From Candidatus Eiseniibacteriota bacterium (GTDB lineage Bacteria > Eisenbacteria > RBG-16-71-46), in the NCBI GenBank assembly GCA_041483195.1, contig JBGPFC010000035.1, positions 1 to 38,741 of the forward strand: a stretch of 38,741 bases of DNA. The letters are read 5' to 3'. The stretch's first letter is position 1. Each line of letters opens with the position of its first letter. The notes under the pieces are model-generated. The model did not search any database. It had not been told where the DNA came from and was given only the letters and a program-made list of their open reading frames with translations. Made by a program: the position numbers and the translations under genes. Below, in pieces: positions 26,080-35,511 of this stretch.

Positions 26080-27648
26080 ATGACCCGCACCGATCAGTGG
26101 AAGCTGGCGGGTGTCCTCGTCGCGACGGCGCTGAGCGTGTGGTACCTGCTGCCGTCCTATCGTTACTACTCGCTGTCGCCCGCTCAGCGCCAGGCCCTGC
26201 CCGGCAAGGAGCTGAACGACCTGCGCCGCAAGGCCATCCATCTCGGACTCGACCTCCAGGGCGGCATGCATCTCGTGCTCGAGGTGGACCGCTCGCGACT
26301 GAGCGCCCAGGAAGCGAAGGACGCGCCGGATCGCGCGATGGAGATCATCCGCAATCGCGTCGACCAGTTCGGCGTCGCCGAGCCGCTGATCCAACGCGAG
26401 GGCGAGGATCGCATCGCGGTGCAGCTCCCGGGGCTCACCGATCGCGCGCGCGCGATCGACCTGATCGGCAAGACGGCGTTGCTCGAGTTCAAGCTGGTGC
26501 GCACCGCCGAGGAAGTGAAGAACGCGTTCGACCGCATGGACGCCTACCTCGCGGCGCACGGCGCCGCCTCGGTCGCGGGGATCGACACCTCGCTGCGCCG
26601 CACCCCGCTCACCGGGCACTTCCTCTCGCTCGACGCTTCGGCCTTCATCCGCAACGAGGATCTGCCGGTGGTGGAGCGCCTGCTCGCGACGCCGGGCGCT
26701 GACTCGATCCTGCCGCCCGACTCGCAGCTGATGTGGGGCGATCGCGACGCGGGCGCCCAGGGCGTGACCGGGCGCGCGCTCTACCTGCTCAAGCGCGATC
26801 CCGAGATGGCGGGGGGCTCGATCGCGAGCGCCGAGGCGCGGGTCGGCCTCAAGAGCACCGACCCCGGCGCCTGGGGCGTGAGCATGAAGATGACGCCCAA
26901 GGGCCGCGCCGACTTCTCGCGCGTCACCGGGAACAACGTCGGCCGCCAGCTCGCGATCGTGCTCGACGGCGTGGTGAGCTCGGCCCCGGTGATCCAGGAG
27001 CGGATCCCGTCTGGCGACGCGTCGATCACCGGCAACTTCGACGTCGAATCCGCGAAGGACCTGGCGATCGTGCTGCGCGCCGGCGCGCTGCCGGCCCCGG
27101 TGCGCATCATCGAGGAGCGCTCGGTCGGGCCGTCGCTCGGCAGCGACTCGATCCAGCAGGGGCTCACCGCGGGGCTGGTCGGGACCGGGCTGGTCATCGT
27201 GTTCATGGCCCTGTATTACCAGTTGTCGGGCCTGATCGCGCTGGTCGCGATGGTGCTCAACATCTTCTACCTGGTCGCCTGCCTCGCCGGCTTCGGCGCG
27301 ACGCTCACGCTGCCCGGCATCGCCGGCATGGTGCTCACGATCGGCATGTCGGTGGACGCCAACGTGCTCATCTTCGAGCGCATCCGCGAAGAGCTGCGCG
27401 GCAAGAAGAGCATCCGGCAGTCGGTGACCCTGGGATACGACCGCGCCTTCCGCACCATCCTCGACGCGCACGTCACCACCGTCATCAGCGCGCTCTTCCT
27501 GTTCCAGTTCGGGACCGGGCCCATCAAGGGATTCGCCGTCACGCTGATCATCGGACTGATCGCGAACATGTTCACGGCGGTCGTATTCACCCGGATGATC
27601 TTCGATTTCATGCTCGGCCGCGGCAAGGTCGAGCGGCTCAGTATCTGA
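26080..27648 (+). CDS. secD: Protein translocase subunit SecD
   Basis: LGLDLQGG, RNRVDQFGVAEP, LAIVLDG, LRAGALPAP, VGPSLG, TLPGIAG, GMSVDANVLIFERIREE, GFAVTL. Confidence 0.97.
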   Translation: MTRTDQWKLAGVLVATALSVWYLLPSYRYYSLSPAQRQALPGKELNDLRRKAIHLGLDLQGGMHLVLEVDRSRLSAQEAKDAPDRAMEIIRNRVDQFGVAEPLIQREGEDRIAVQLPGLTDRARAIDLIGKTALLEFKLVRTAEEVKNAFDRMDAYLAAHGAASVAGIDTSLRRTPLTGHFLSLDASAFIRNEDLPVVERLLATPGADSILPPDSQLMWGDRDAGAQGVTGRALYLLKRDPEMAGGSIASAEARVGLKSTDPGAWGVSMKMTPKGRADFSRVTGNNVGRQLAIVLDGVVSSAPVIQERIPSGDASITGNFDVESAKDLAIVLRAGALPAPVRIIEERSVGPSLGSDSIQQGLTAGLVGTGLVIVFMALYYQLSGLIALVAMVLNIFYLVACLAGFGATLTLPGIAGMVLTIGMSVDANVLIFERIREELRGKKSIRQSVTLGYDRAFRTILDAHVTTVISALFLFQFGTGPIKGFAVTLIIGLIANMFTAVVFTRMIFDFMLGRGKVERLSI

Positions 27649-27670
27649 CCTCGAACGCGAGGCCTCGCCC

Positions 27671-28591
27671 ATGTTGCAGTTTCTGATCGGAACCAACCTC
27701 CCCTTCATGAAGTACCGGAGAATCGCTTACGCGTTCTCCAGCTCGCTCGCGCTCGCCACCGCGGTGTGGCTGGTCATCCACGGCGGACCTCGCTACAGCG
27801 TCGATTTCACGGGTGGCACCCTGCTCCAGGTGCGGTTGAACCGCGTGATGTCCGCCGATCAGGTGCGCAAGGCGCTCGACGAGATCGGCTATCGCGGGGT
27901 CGAGCTCCAGCAGATGACGGGCGAGAGCCGCAACGAGTACCTGATTCGCCTCCAGAACGGCGAAGGCGGACGCGACATCTTCACCGGGATCCAGACCGGG
28001 CTCCAGGGCCGGCTCCCCGGCATCACGGTCGAGTTGCGGCGCGCCGAGGCGGTCGGGCCCAAGGTCGGCAAGGAGCTGAGGCAGAAGGCGATCTGGGCGG
28101 TGCTGGGGAGCCTCGTCGGAATTCTCCTTTACGTGGGCATCCGTTATGAGTTCAAATTCGCGCTGGGCGCCGTGGTCGCGTTGTTCCACGACGTCTTCGT
28201 GACCCTCGGGGTGCTGTGCTTCACCGGGCGTGAGGTTTCCCTGACGGTCGTCGCGGCCCTCCTCACCATCGCCGGCTACTCGATCAACGACACCATCGTG
28301 GTCTTCGATCGCATTCGAGAGCGCGCCCGTGCCCTGCGCAAGGAGAAGCACTCGCGGGTCATGGACATCGCCGTGAACGAGACCCTCTCGCGTACCATCA
28401 TCACCTCGCTCACGGTGTTCTTCTCCGCCATGTCGCTGCTGATCTGGGGCGGCGAGGTGCTGCGCGACTTCTCGTTCGCGATGGTGGTGGGCGTCGTGTT
28501 CGGAACCTACTCGTCCATTTACGTCGCCAGCGCGCTCGCGCTCGACATCTGGATCCGCCTCGATCGCCGCAAGGGCGTCCAGGCCGAATGA
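27671..28591 (+). CDS. secF: Protein translocase subunit SecF
   Basis: VDFTGG, VGPKVGKEL, ALFHD, GYSINDTIVVFDRIRE, NETLSRT, GTYSSIY. Confidence 0.97.
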   Translation: MLQFLIGTNLPFMKYRRIAYAFSSSLALATAVWLVIHGGPRYSVDFTGGTLLQVRLNRVMSADQVRKALDEIGYRGVELQQMTGESRNEYLIRLQNGEGGRDIFTGIQTGLQGRLPGITVELRRAEAVGPKVGKELRQKAIWAVLGSLVGILLYVGIRYEFKFALGAVVALFHDVFVTLGVLCFTGREVSLTVVAALLTIAGYSINDTIVVFDRIRERARALRKEKHSRVMDIAVNETLSRTIITSLTVFFSAMSLLIWGGEVLRDFSFAMVVGVVFGTYSSIYVASALALDIWIRLDRRKGVQAE

Positions 28592-28605
28592 AGGAAAGGC
28601 ACACC

Positions 28606-29646
28606 ATGAGGCAGATGGCTCACGCGCCGCGCTGGGCGCTGGTCGCGGTCCTCGCGCTCGGCCTGGCCGGCTGCGCGAAGAAGAAGTCGGTGGTGGATGC
28701 CGACTTCACGCTGCCCGAGGGCGCGGCTTCGCCAGCGGCCCGCCTGGTGCTCTGGCGCGAGACGCCCACCACGATGCGCGTCTACCAGGACGTGCTGCCG
28801 CTCGGCGTCGGCCCGGAGGACAGGTTGCTGAGCGTCATCCCGTTCGGCAGCGACCGGCCGGGGCGCATTCACGGCCTGATCTTCGACAGCACCGCCGCGA
28901 GCGGGTACCAGATCATGCGCAAGGACGCGAACGGCGGGCTCAGCCAGCTGAACGACTTCGTCGCCGTGCCGACCCGGCGCTGGCTGGACCGGGAGTGGGA
29001 GTTCTACGCATTCGCCGACGACGACACCGCGCGGCTGTCGCGGACCTACATCGGCCGGGGCGTGGTCGGCGGCGTGGTCAGCGCCGGCTCCCCGCTCACG
29101 AACGCGGTTCGCGACACCAGCCGCGCGTACCCGACGATCACCTACACCGGGAATACCGGGATCGCGAACGACGGCACGCCGGTCCCGCTCGATTCGCTGT
29201 TCCTCATGGAGTGGAACTCGGTGCCCGGCGCGTCGGGCTACTACCTTCACGTGTATCAGCCGGCGTTCAACCTGGTCACGACCCGCGAGCAGGTGATGAG
29301 CGGCATGCAGGCCCCGCTGTTCGTCGGCAAGTCGCGCGACATCCTGGTGGCGTTCGTGCCGGCGGCCAGCCCGCAGCCCGCGACCGTCTCGTTCCGGATG
29401 CCCACCGCGAGTGCGACCGTGCCCGGCGCGCGCATCATCACCGTGCGCCCCACCGGCTACGGGCAGGAGTACCGCGTTCGCATCGCGGCGGTGGACAAGC
29501 TCGGGCGCATGATCTCGGTCACGACCGGCGACAACGGGATCCCCTTGAGCGGCACGCTGCCGGATGGCACCGCGCTCACCACCACGCAGTACGCGCTCTA
29601 CTCGTTCGGCGCGGTGCGCATCACCCCCTCGCGGCTCCGCCCGTGA
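28606..29646 (+). CDS. Hypothetical lipoprotein, beta-rich (FN3/Ig-like C-terminal part)
   Basis: Lipobox LAG-C; WNSVPGASGYYL...YRVRIAAVD resembles an FN3 pattern; AAGGAAAGG RBS. Start may be 28588. Confidence 0.75.
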   Translation: MRQMAHAPRWALVAVLALGLAGCAKKKSVVDADFTLPEGAASPAARLVLWRETPTTMRVYQDVLPLGVGPEDRLLSVIPFGSDRPGRIHGLIFDSTAASGYQIMRKDANGGLSQLNDFVAVPTRRWLDREWEFYAFADDDTARLSRTYIGRGVVGGVVSAGSPLTNAVRDTSRAYPTITYTGNTGIANDGTPVPLDSLFLMEWNSVPGASGYYLHVYQPAFNLVTTREQVMSGMQAPLFVGKSRDILVAFVPAASPQPATVSFRMPTASATVPGARIITVRPTGYGQEYRVRIAAVDKLGRMISVTTGDNGIPLSGTLPDGTALTTTQYALYSFGAVRITPSRLRP

Positions 29647-29753
29647 TGGGCTTCCCGCGGCCGGCGCTTCGCACGGCCCCCGCGCGTCCCGCTCTCGCGC
29701 CGCCCGGGAGGCGCTGAGCCCCGTTGCGGAAGCGCGAACGCTCGGGCCATGGA

Positions 29754-30464
29754 GTGACCGCCCGCGGCACTCGTGCCCGGTTCAGGCTCCGTCTCGCGTT
29801 TCTCATCGGGCTCGCGATCTGCGCGCCGGCCTCGCGCGGCCTCGCGCAGACCTCCGCCCCCGGCGCTCACGAGTTCTCGATCGCCCGCCTCAAGTACGGC
29901 GGCGGCGGCGACTGGTACGAGGATCGCACCTCGATGGTCAATCTCATGCGGGGGCTGCATGAGAAGGCGGGGATCGCGATCGCGGGAGATCACGAGGCGG
30001 TGGTGGAGCCGGCGGCCGCCGCGCTGTTCCAGTATCCGTTCGTGTTCGCGTGCGGCCACGGCAACATGAAGTTCACGACCACCGAGCTCGCGAACCTGCG
30101 CCGCTACCTCACCGCCGGCGGATTCCTCTGGGTGGACGACGACTTCGGGATCGAGCCATCGATGCGCCGGGAGATGAGGCGGCTGTTCCCCGAAGCGCCG
30201 ATGGTCGAGCTGCCCTTCTCGCACCCGATTTTTCATCAGCTCTACGATTTTCCGCAGGGACTGCCGAAGATCCACGAGCACGATGGCGGCCCGCCCCGCG
30301 CCTACGGCATTGTCTGGGACGGGAGGCTGGTTGTATTGTTTACCTACGATTGCGACCTGGGAGACGGGCTGGAAGACGAAGAAATCCACCACGACCCCCC
30401 TGAGAAACGTGACCAGGCGATGCGCATGGGTCTCAACATCGTGCACTTCGCCCTCACGCACTGA
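29754..30464 (+). CDS. DUF4159-domain exported protein
   Basis: IARLKYGGGGDWY, YPFVF..GHG, LRRYL..GGFLWVDD, LPFSHPIFH, GLPKIHEHDG, MGLNIV.FALTH. Start approximate. Confidence 0.85.
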   Translation: MTARGTRARFRLRLAFLIGLAICAPASRGLAQTSAPGAHEFSIARLKYGGGGDWYEDRTSMVNLMRGLHEKAGIAIAGDHEAVVEPAAAALFQYPFVFACGHGNMKFTTTELANLRRYLTAGGFLWVDDDFGIEPSMRREMRRLFPEAPMVELPFSHPIFHQLYDFPQGLPKIHEHDGGPPRAYGIVWDGRLVVLFTYDCDLGDGLEDEEIHHDPPEKRDQAMRMGLNIVHFALTH

Positions 30465-30497
30465 CGCCCTCTCCCTCGGAGCGGCGTCCGAGAGCCT

Positions 30498-33400
30498 ATG
30501 ACAACCCGCCTGCGCCACAGCCCGCTCGGCCGCGTGCTCGCGCGGCACTACCGTGCTCGCCGCCAGGCCATCGTGCTGCGCCACGCGCTGCGCGCCGCCG
30601 CGATCGCCGCGGCCGCGCTGGTGCTGGCCCTCGCGATCGGGCTGGTCCTGCCATCGAGTCCGCTCTCGGCGGGCCTGCGCCTCGCCGCGTTCCTCGCGGC
30701 GGTCGTGTTGACCGCGGGGTGGGCGGCACGGGCGACGCTGCGGCTATCGCTGCCGTTCGAGGACTACCTCGAGCGCATCGAGCGGCGCTTCCCCCAGGTG
30801 CGCTCCTGGCTGCGCAACGCGCTCGACTTCGAGCAGGCGCCGCCGCGGCACACCTCGCCCGAGCTGGTCGCCGCGCTCGAGGACGAGACCGCGCGCCGCC
30901 TCACCGAGGTCCCGGTCGAGAGCCTCGCGCCCCGCATCGAGGCGCGCCGCCCGGCCTTCGCGCTGATCGGGGCGCTCGCGGTGACGCTCGCGCTCGCGGC
31001 GCTCGCCCCGGCGCGGGTCGAGCGCTCGTGGGCCACGCTGCTCAACCCGTCGCTCGCGGCCCCGCCGGTGCGGCTCGCGGTCGAGCCCGGATCGGTGCGC
31101 ATCACCCCGGGCGCCGCGCTGGCCGTGCACGTGCGCGTGTGGGGCAGCGCGCAGCGCCCGCGCCTGCTGCGTGACGGCGCGTCCGCTCCGGCCGCGGTCG
31201 CCGAAGGCGCAGGCGCGGCGGGCGAGCGTCGCTGGCGATTCGATCTCACCCAGCTCACGCGCGAGGAGGACTACCGCGTGCGCGTCGCGACCGCGCTGAG
31301 CCCGCGCTATCACATCGCGATGGCCGGCGAGCCGTCCCCGCTCGCCTTCGAGTTCGAGATCCGCTCCCCCGCCTACGCGCGGCTCCCGGTGCAGCGCGGC
31401 GCCGCGACCCGCGGCGATCTGGCCGCGCTGCGCGGCGCGCGCGCGCGGGTCGAGGTGACGTTCGACCGCGACCTCGAGGCGCTCGCCGCCACGCTCCCGA
31501 ACGGCGTCCGCGCGCGATTCGCTCCCGTCACGCCGCGACGCTGGCGCGGCGAGATCCCGATCGAGCGCGAGGGCGACTACGCGCTCGACGCCCGCGCGAG
31601 CGGCGGCGCCGGACGCTTCGCGTACCACATCACGCCGCTGCCCGATCAGCCGCCGGTGATCGCGGTGCGCACCCCCGATGGCGATCTCGATCTGCCGGCC
31701 GGGCAGCTGGTGCCGCTCGAAATCCTGGGGCAGGACGACCTCGGCCTCTCGGAGCTGCGGCTCCAGTATCGCAAGGGCGACGCCGCGGCGTGGACCGACG
31801 TTCCGCTCGCGCGGTTCGATGCGAACCCGCGCGAGGCCACCGTCGCCACGCGCTGGGACGCCTCGTCGCTCGCGCTGCTGCCCGGGGAGACCGCGAGCTT
31901 CCGCTTCGAGCTGTTCGACGACAACGCGACGACCGGGCGCGGGCGCGCGCTGTCGCCCACCTTCGAGCTGCGTTTCCCATCGCTCGCCGATCTCTACGAG
32001 CACGTCGACGCGAGCCAGAGCGGCGTGCAGCACACGCTCGAGAAGGCCGCGGACAAGGCCCGCGAGCTGCAGAAGTCGCTCGACCACATGAGCCGCCAGC
32101 TCCCGCAGCGCGACACGCCGCCGAGCGGGCCGGCCTACGAGCGCAGCGAGGAGCTGAAGAGCGCGCTCGAGCGCCAGTCCGACCTGAGCCAGCAGATCGA
32201 CCGCGCGGCGCAGCAGCTGCGCGAGAGCATCGAGCAGGCGACGGAACGCGAGGCGTTCAACCAGCAGCTCACCGCGAAGCTCAAGGAGCTCGCCCAGCTC
32301 ATGGATCAGGTGCAATCGCCCGAGTTCAAGGAGGCGCTGCGCAAGATGCGAGAGGCGCTCGAGAAGCTCGACCGCGCCCCGCTCGAGCAGCAGCTTCCGC
32401 AGTGGCGCGACCAGAACCGCGACATGCTCGCGAACCTGGAGCGCACCCTCGAGCTGCTCAAGCAGCTGCGCCAGGAGGAGAAGCTCGAATCGCTCGCGCA
32501 ACGCGCGGCGGAGCTGGCGAAGCAGCAGGACGCGCTCAATCAGGAACACGAGGCGGCCCCGAAGCGCGACGCGAAGGAAGGCGAATCGCAGTCGAAGGCC
32601 CTCGCGGAGCAGCAGCAGAAGGCAGCTGAACAGAGCCAGGCGCTCTCCGCCGACACGCGCGAGATGAGCCGCGAGCTCGAGGCGCAACCCGAACAGCAGG
32701 CGCTCGAGCAGACCGCGCAGGAGCTCGAACAGCAGGCGGCGCCCGATCAGCGCGAGGCGGCCGAGGCCGCCCAGAAGCAGCAGGGCCAGCGGGCCTCGCA
32801 GGCCGGGAAGCGCGCAGGGGAGACGCTGCGCCGCGCGAACCAGCGCCTGATGCAGCTGCTCAGCCAGCGCCAGAAGGCCCGCGATGGCGCGGACCTCGCT
32901 GCGGTGCGGCGCTCCGCGCAGGACCTGGTCTCGCTCCAGCGCGCGACCGAGGAGAACATCGATTCGAGCGCGCCGCCCTCGCTGCGCGCGGACGGCCTGA
33001 CCGATCTCTCCGAGGGCGTCTCGCGCGTCGCAGATTCGCTCTACGTGCTCGCGCAGAAGTCGCCGTTCATCTCGCAGAAGCTGGGCAAGGCGCTGGGCCG
33101 CGCGATCAACAGCCTCTCGACGTCGGGCAAGGAGATGGGCGCCGGCAATCGCGAGCGCGGCGAGGAGACCGGGCGCGAAGGCGGCGTCGCGATCAACGAG
33201 GCGGTGCTCGAGCTGCGCACCTCCGAGCAGAGCATGTGCAAGATGCCGGGCGAGGGCAGCGGACAACGCATGGAAAGCCCCGCGCAGAAGATGGGCGACC
33301 TGGGCGATCGCCAGAGCCAGCTCAATCGCCAGACGCAGCGGCTCGCGCAGCGCCTGAGCGAGCAGCTGCAGATGACGACCAGCGACCAGCAGGAATTGCA

Positions 33401-33821
33401 GCGCCTCGCCCAGGACCAGGAGCGCATCCGCCACCAGGTCGAGCAGATCCAGCAGGACGAAGAGGCGAAGCAGAAGCTGCTCGGCAAGCTCGACCAGGCC
33501 CAGCGCGAGATGCAGGAAGTCGAGGAGGCGCTGCGCAACGGCGTCGCGGACGGCGAGGTGCAGCAGAAGCAGCAGCACATCCTCTCGCGGATGCTCGACG
33601 CGCAGCGTTCTGTGAATCGCCGCGACTTCGATCCCGAGCGCGAATCGCGCCCGGGGCAGGATCTCACCCGCCGCTCGCCCGGCGAGCTGCCCGCCGATCT
33701 GCTGCGCGAGACCGACCGCCTGCGCCTCGATCTGCTCAAGGCCGAGGCCGACCGTTACCCCGCGCAATATCGCGCGTTCATCGAGACCTACCTGCGCGCG
33801 CTCAACGGATCGCCGCGATGA
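30498..33821 (+). CDS. DUF4175-like membrane protein with Ig-like domains and a very long Gln/Glu-rich coiled coil
   Basis: N-terminal TMs, LRNALD, P.YARLP, DQPPVI...DDLGL...FDDN, long coiled coil, ILSRMLDAQRS...ERES, Y...IETY C-terminus. Confidence 0.75.
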   Translation: MTTRLRHSPLGRVLARHYRARRQAIVLRHALRAAAIAAAALVLALAIGLVLPSSPLSAGLRLAAFLAAVVLTAGWAARATLRLSLPFEDYLERIERRFPQVRSWLRNALDFEQAPPRHTSPELVAALEDETARRLTEVPVESLAPRIEARRPAFALIGALAVTLALAALAPARVERSWATLLNPSLAAPPVRLAVEPGSVRITPGAALAVHVRVWGSAQRPRLLRDGASAPAAVAEGAGAAGERRWRFDLTQLTREEDYRVRVATALSPRYHIAMAGEPSPLAFEFEIRSPAYARLPVQRGAATRGDLAALRGARARVEVTFDRDLEALAATLPNGVRARFAPVTPRRWRGEIPIEREGDYALDARASGGAGRFAYHITPLPDQPPVIAVRTPDGDLDLPAGQLVPLEILGQDDLGLSELRLQYRKGDAAAWTDVPLARFDANPREATVATRWDASSLALLPGETASFRFELFDDNATTGRGRALSPTFELRFPSLADLYEHVDASQSGVQHTLEKAADKARELQKSLDHMSRQLPQRDTPPSGPAYERSEELKSALERQSDLSQQIDRAAQQLRESIEQATEREAFNQQLTAKLKELAQLMDQVQSPEFKEALRKMREALEKLDRAPLEQQLPQWRDQNRDMLANLERTLELLKQLRQEEKLESLAQRAAELAKQQDALNQEHEAAPKRDAKEGESQSKALAEQQQKAAEQSQALSADTREMSRELEAQPEQQALEQTAQELEQQAAPDQREAAEAAQKQQGQRASQAGKRAGETLRRANQRLMQLLSQRQKARDGADLAAVRRSAQDLVSLQRATEENIDSSAPPSLRADGLTDLSEGVSRVADSLYVLAQKSPFISQKLGKALGRAINSLSTSGKEMGAGNRERGEETGREGGVAINEAVLELRTSEQSMCKMPGEGSGQRMESPAQKMGDLGDRQSQLNRQTQRLAQRLSEQLQMTTSDQQELQRLAQDQERIRHQVEQIQQDEEAKQKLLGKLDQAQREMQEVEEALRNGVADGEVQQKQQHILSRMLDAQRSVNRRDFDPERESRPGQDLTRRSPGELPADLLRETDRLRLDLLKAEADRYPAQYRAFIETYLRALNGSPR

Positions 33822-35479
33822 GGCGGGCGCTGCACGCGGCCGCCGCCCTGATCATCGGGCTCGCGACCGCGGCCCCGGCGCGGGCCCAGAACAATCCGCC
33901 GCGCCCCGGGTTTTCCGCTTCAGACCTCCGGCCGCTGCTGGTGCGCGAGCCGGTCGTGGCCTCGCTCAGCCAGCACCCGGTCGCGCCGCTCACCTCCGCG
34001 CAGCTGGATCGCCTGCGCCGCGCGCAGGGCTCGAGCGCGGCCGGCCTCTACGAACGCGCGCGCGCCGAGCTGGTCGCGCTGCTCTCCGAGGCCCCGCATC
34101 ATCCGATCGTGCTGACCGAGCTGGCCCGCACCGAGCTCGCGCTCGAGGACTACGCGGCGGTCGAGCGCCTGGGCCGCGCGGAACGCGTTGCCCAGCGTGA
34201 TTCGCTGCTGCTCGGACACGAGCTGTCGCTGGCGCTCGAGCGCCTGGGCCGGGCGCGCGACGCCGCCGCGATCGCGATCGAGGAATGGGCGGCCGCGCCG
34301 GTCGAGGCGGAGTGGGCGGCCGACGTCGTCGATCGCATGGCGGGCGTCGATCTGCGCGGCGTTCGCGATCTGATGCGGCGCGCCGCGCTCGCGCTGCCCG
34401 AACGCACCGACCTCGTGCAACCGCTGGCCCGCCTCGAGTGGCGGCTCGGGGATGTCAGGGCCGCGCTGCGCGCGCTCTCGACCGCCGAGCGCGCCGACCC
34501 GCGCGCGCGCTTTCGCTGGACGTTCGCGGAGGAGCGCATGAAGGATCACACGACGCGCGATTCCACGGCCGCCACCGAGACGCTGCTCGATCTCGCCGCC
34601 GACGCCCGCTACGATCCGGCCTACCGCACCGCGGCCGCGCGCCGCGCGTGGGACGTGATCGCCGCGCGCGCCGACCAGCGCGCTTTCGCGCCGCGCATGC
34701 TGAAGGCGCTCGCCGATCTTCCGCCCGCGCGCTGGAGCCCCGACCTCAGGGTGGGGGTGGCGCGCGGCCTGCGCGAGCTCGGACGCACCAACGAGGCGCG
34801 GGCCCTGCTGCAGCCCGACGCCGGCGCGCGCGATCTGCGGTCCGAGTTCGAGCTGGAGCGATCGCTGGCGGACCTGCGCGACGGCCCGCCCGAGCGCGCG
34901 CTGCCGGCGTTGCGCAAGGCCGCTGAGGACAACCCCGCGCTCGCGTATCGTTACGCCGAGGCGCTGTTCTACGCCGGCCAGGTGGACTCCGCGCACGCGT
35001 GGTATCAGCGCATCGCGGATAACCCCGAGGGGTCGGCCGCCGGCGCGGCGCTCGAGCGCCTGTATCTGATCGAGGATGGAACGCCGCGCGAGGCGCTGGT
35101 GACGTTCGGCCGCATCGCCTACGAGTCGTGGCGCGGCGAGACCCGGCGCGCGGGAACGCTCACCGACTCGCTGGTGCGCGTGCTTCCGCGCGGCGCGCTG
35201 TGGGCGCAGGCCGCGCTGCTGCTGTCCGCGCAGCGCGCTGGCGCGGGCGATGACCCGGGCGCGCTGGAGCCGCTGCTCGCGATCGCCGACTCGCTGCCCG
35301 GCGATCGGCTCGCGCCGGTCGCGCGCGAACGGGCGGGCGACCTCTACCTCGCGAAGTTGAAGGACGAAGCGCACGCGGCCGGTCAGTGGGAAGAGTGTCT
35401 CGCCCGCTATCCGAAGGCGTGGAACGCCGCCGCCGTGCGCCGCAAGCTCGAGGCGCTGCGCCGTGACCGGCGATTCTGA
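33818..35479 (+). CDS. Exported tetratricopeptide-repeat protein, 553 aa
   Basis: Signal peptide ending ARA-Q; TPR-like helices (YRYAEALFYAG...A..WY; AGDLYL...A...WEECLARYP); ATGA-coupled to the upstream gene. Confidence 0.75.
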   Translation: MRRALHAAAALIIGLATAAPARAQNNPPRPGFSASDLRPLLVREPVVASLSQHPVAPLTSAQLDRLRRAQGSSAAGLYERARAELVALLSEAPHHPIVLTELARTELALEDYAAVERLGRAERVAQRDSLLLGHELSLALERLGRARDAAAIAIEEWAAAPVEAEWAADVVDRMAGVDLRGVRDLMRRAALALPERTDLVQPLARLEWRLGDVRAALRALSTAERADPRARFRWTFAEERMKDHTTRDSTAATETLLDLAADARYDPAYRTAAARRAWDVIAARADQRAFAPRMLKALADLPPARWSPDLRVGVARGLRELGRTNEARALLQPDAGARDLRSEFELERSLADLRDGPPERALPALRKAAEDNPALAYRYAEALFYAGQVDSAHAWYQRIADNPEGSAAGAALERLYLIEDGTPREALVTFGRIAYESWRGETRRAGTLTDSLVRVLPRGALWAQAALLLSAQRAGAGDDPGALEPLLAIADSLPGDRLAPVARERAGDLYLAKLKDEAHAAGQWEECLARYPKAWNAAAVRRKLEALRRDRRF

Positions 35480-35511
35480 AACGTGAGAACATCAGCGCGG
35501 GAGCATCGACG

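Noticed and set aside
25450..27708. N-terminal extension of the 1003-aa minus ORF
   Set aside because: Antisense to secD and runs across promoters; only 24697-25449 looks coding.
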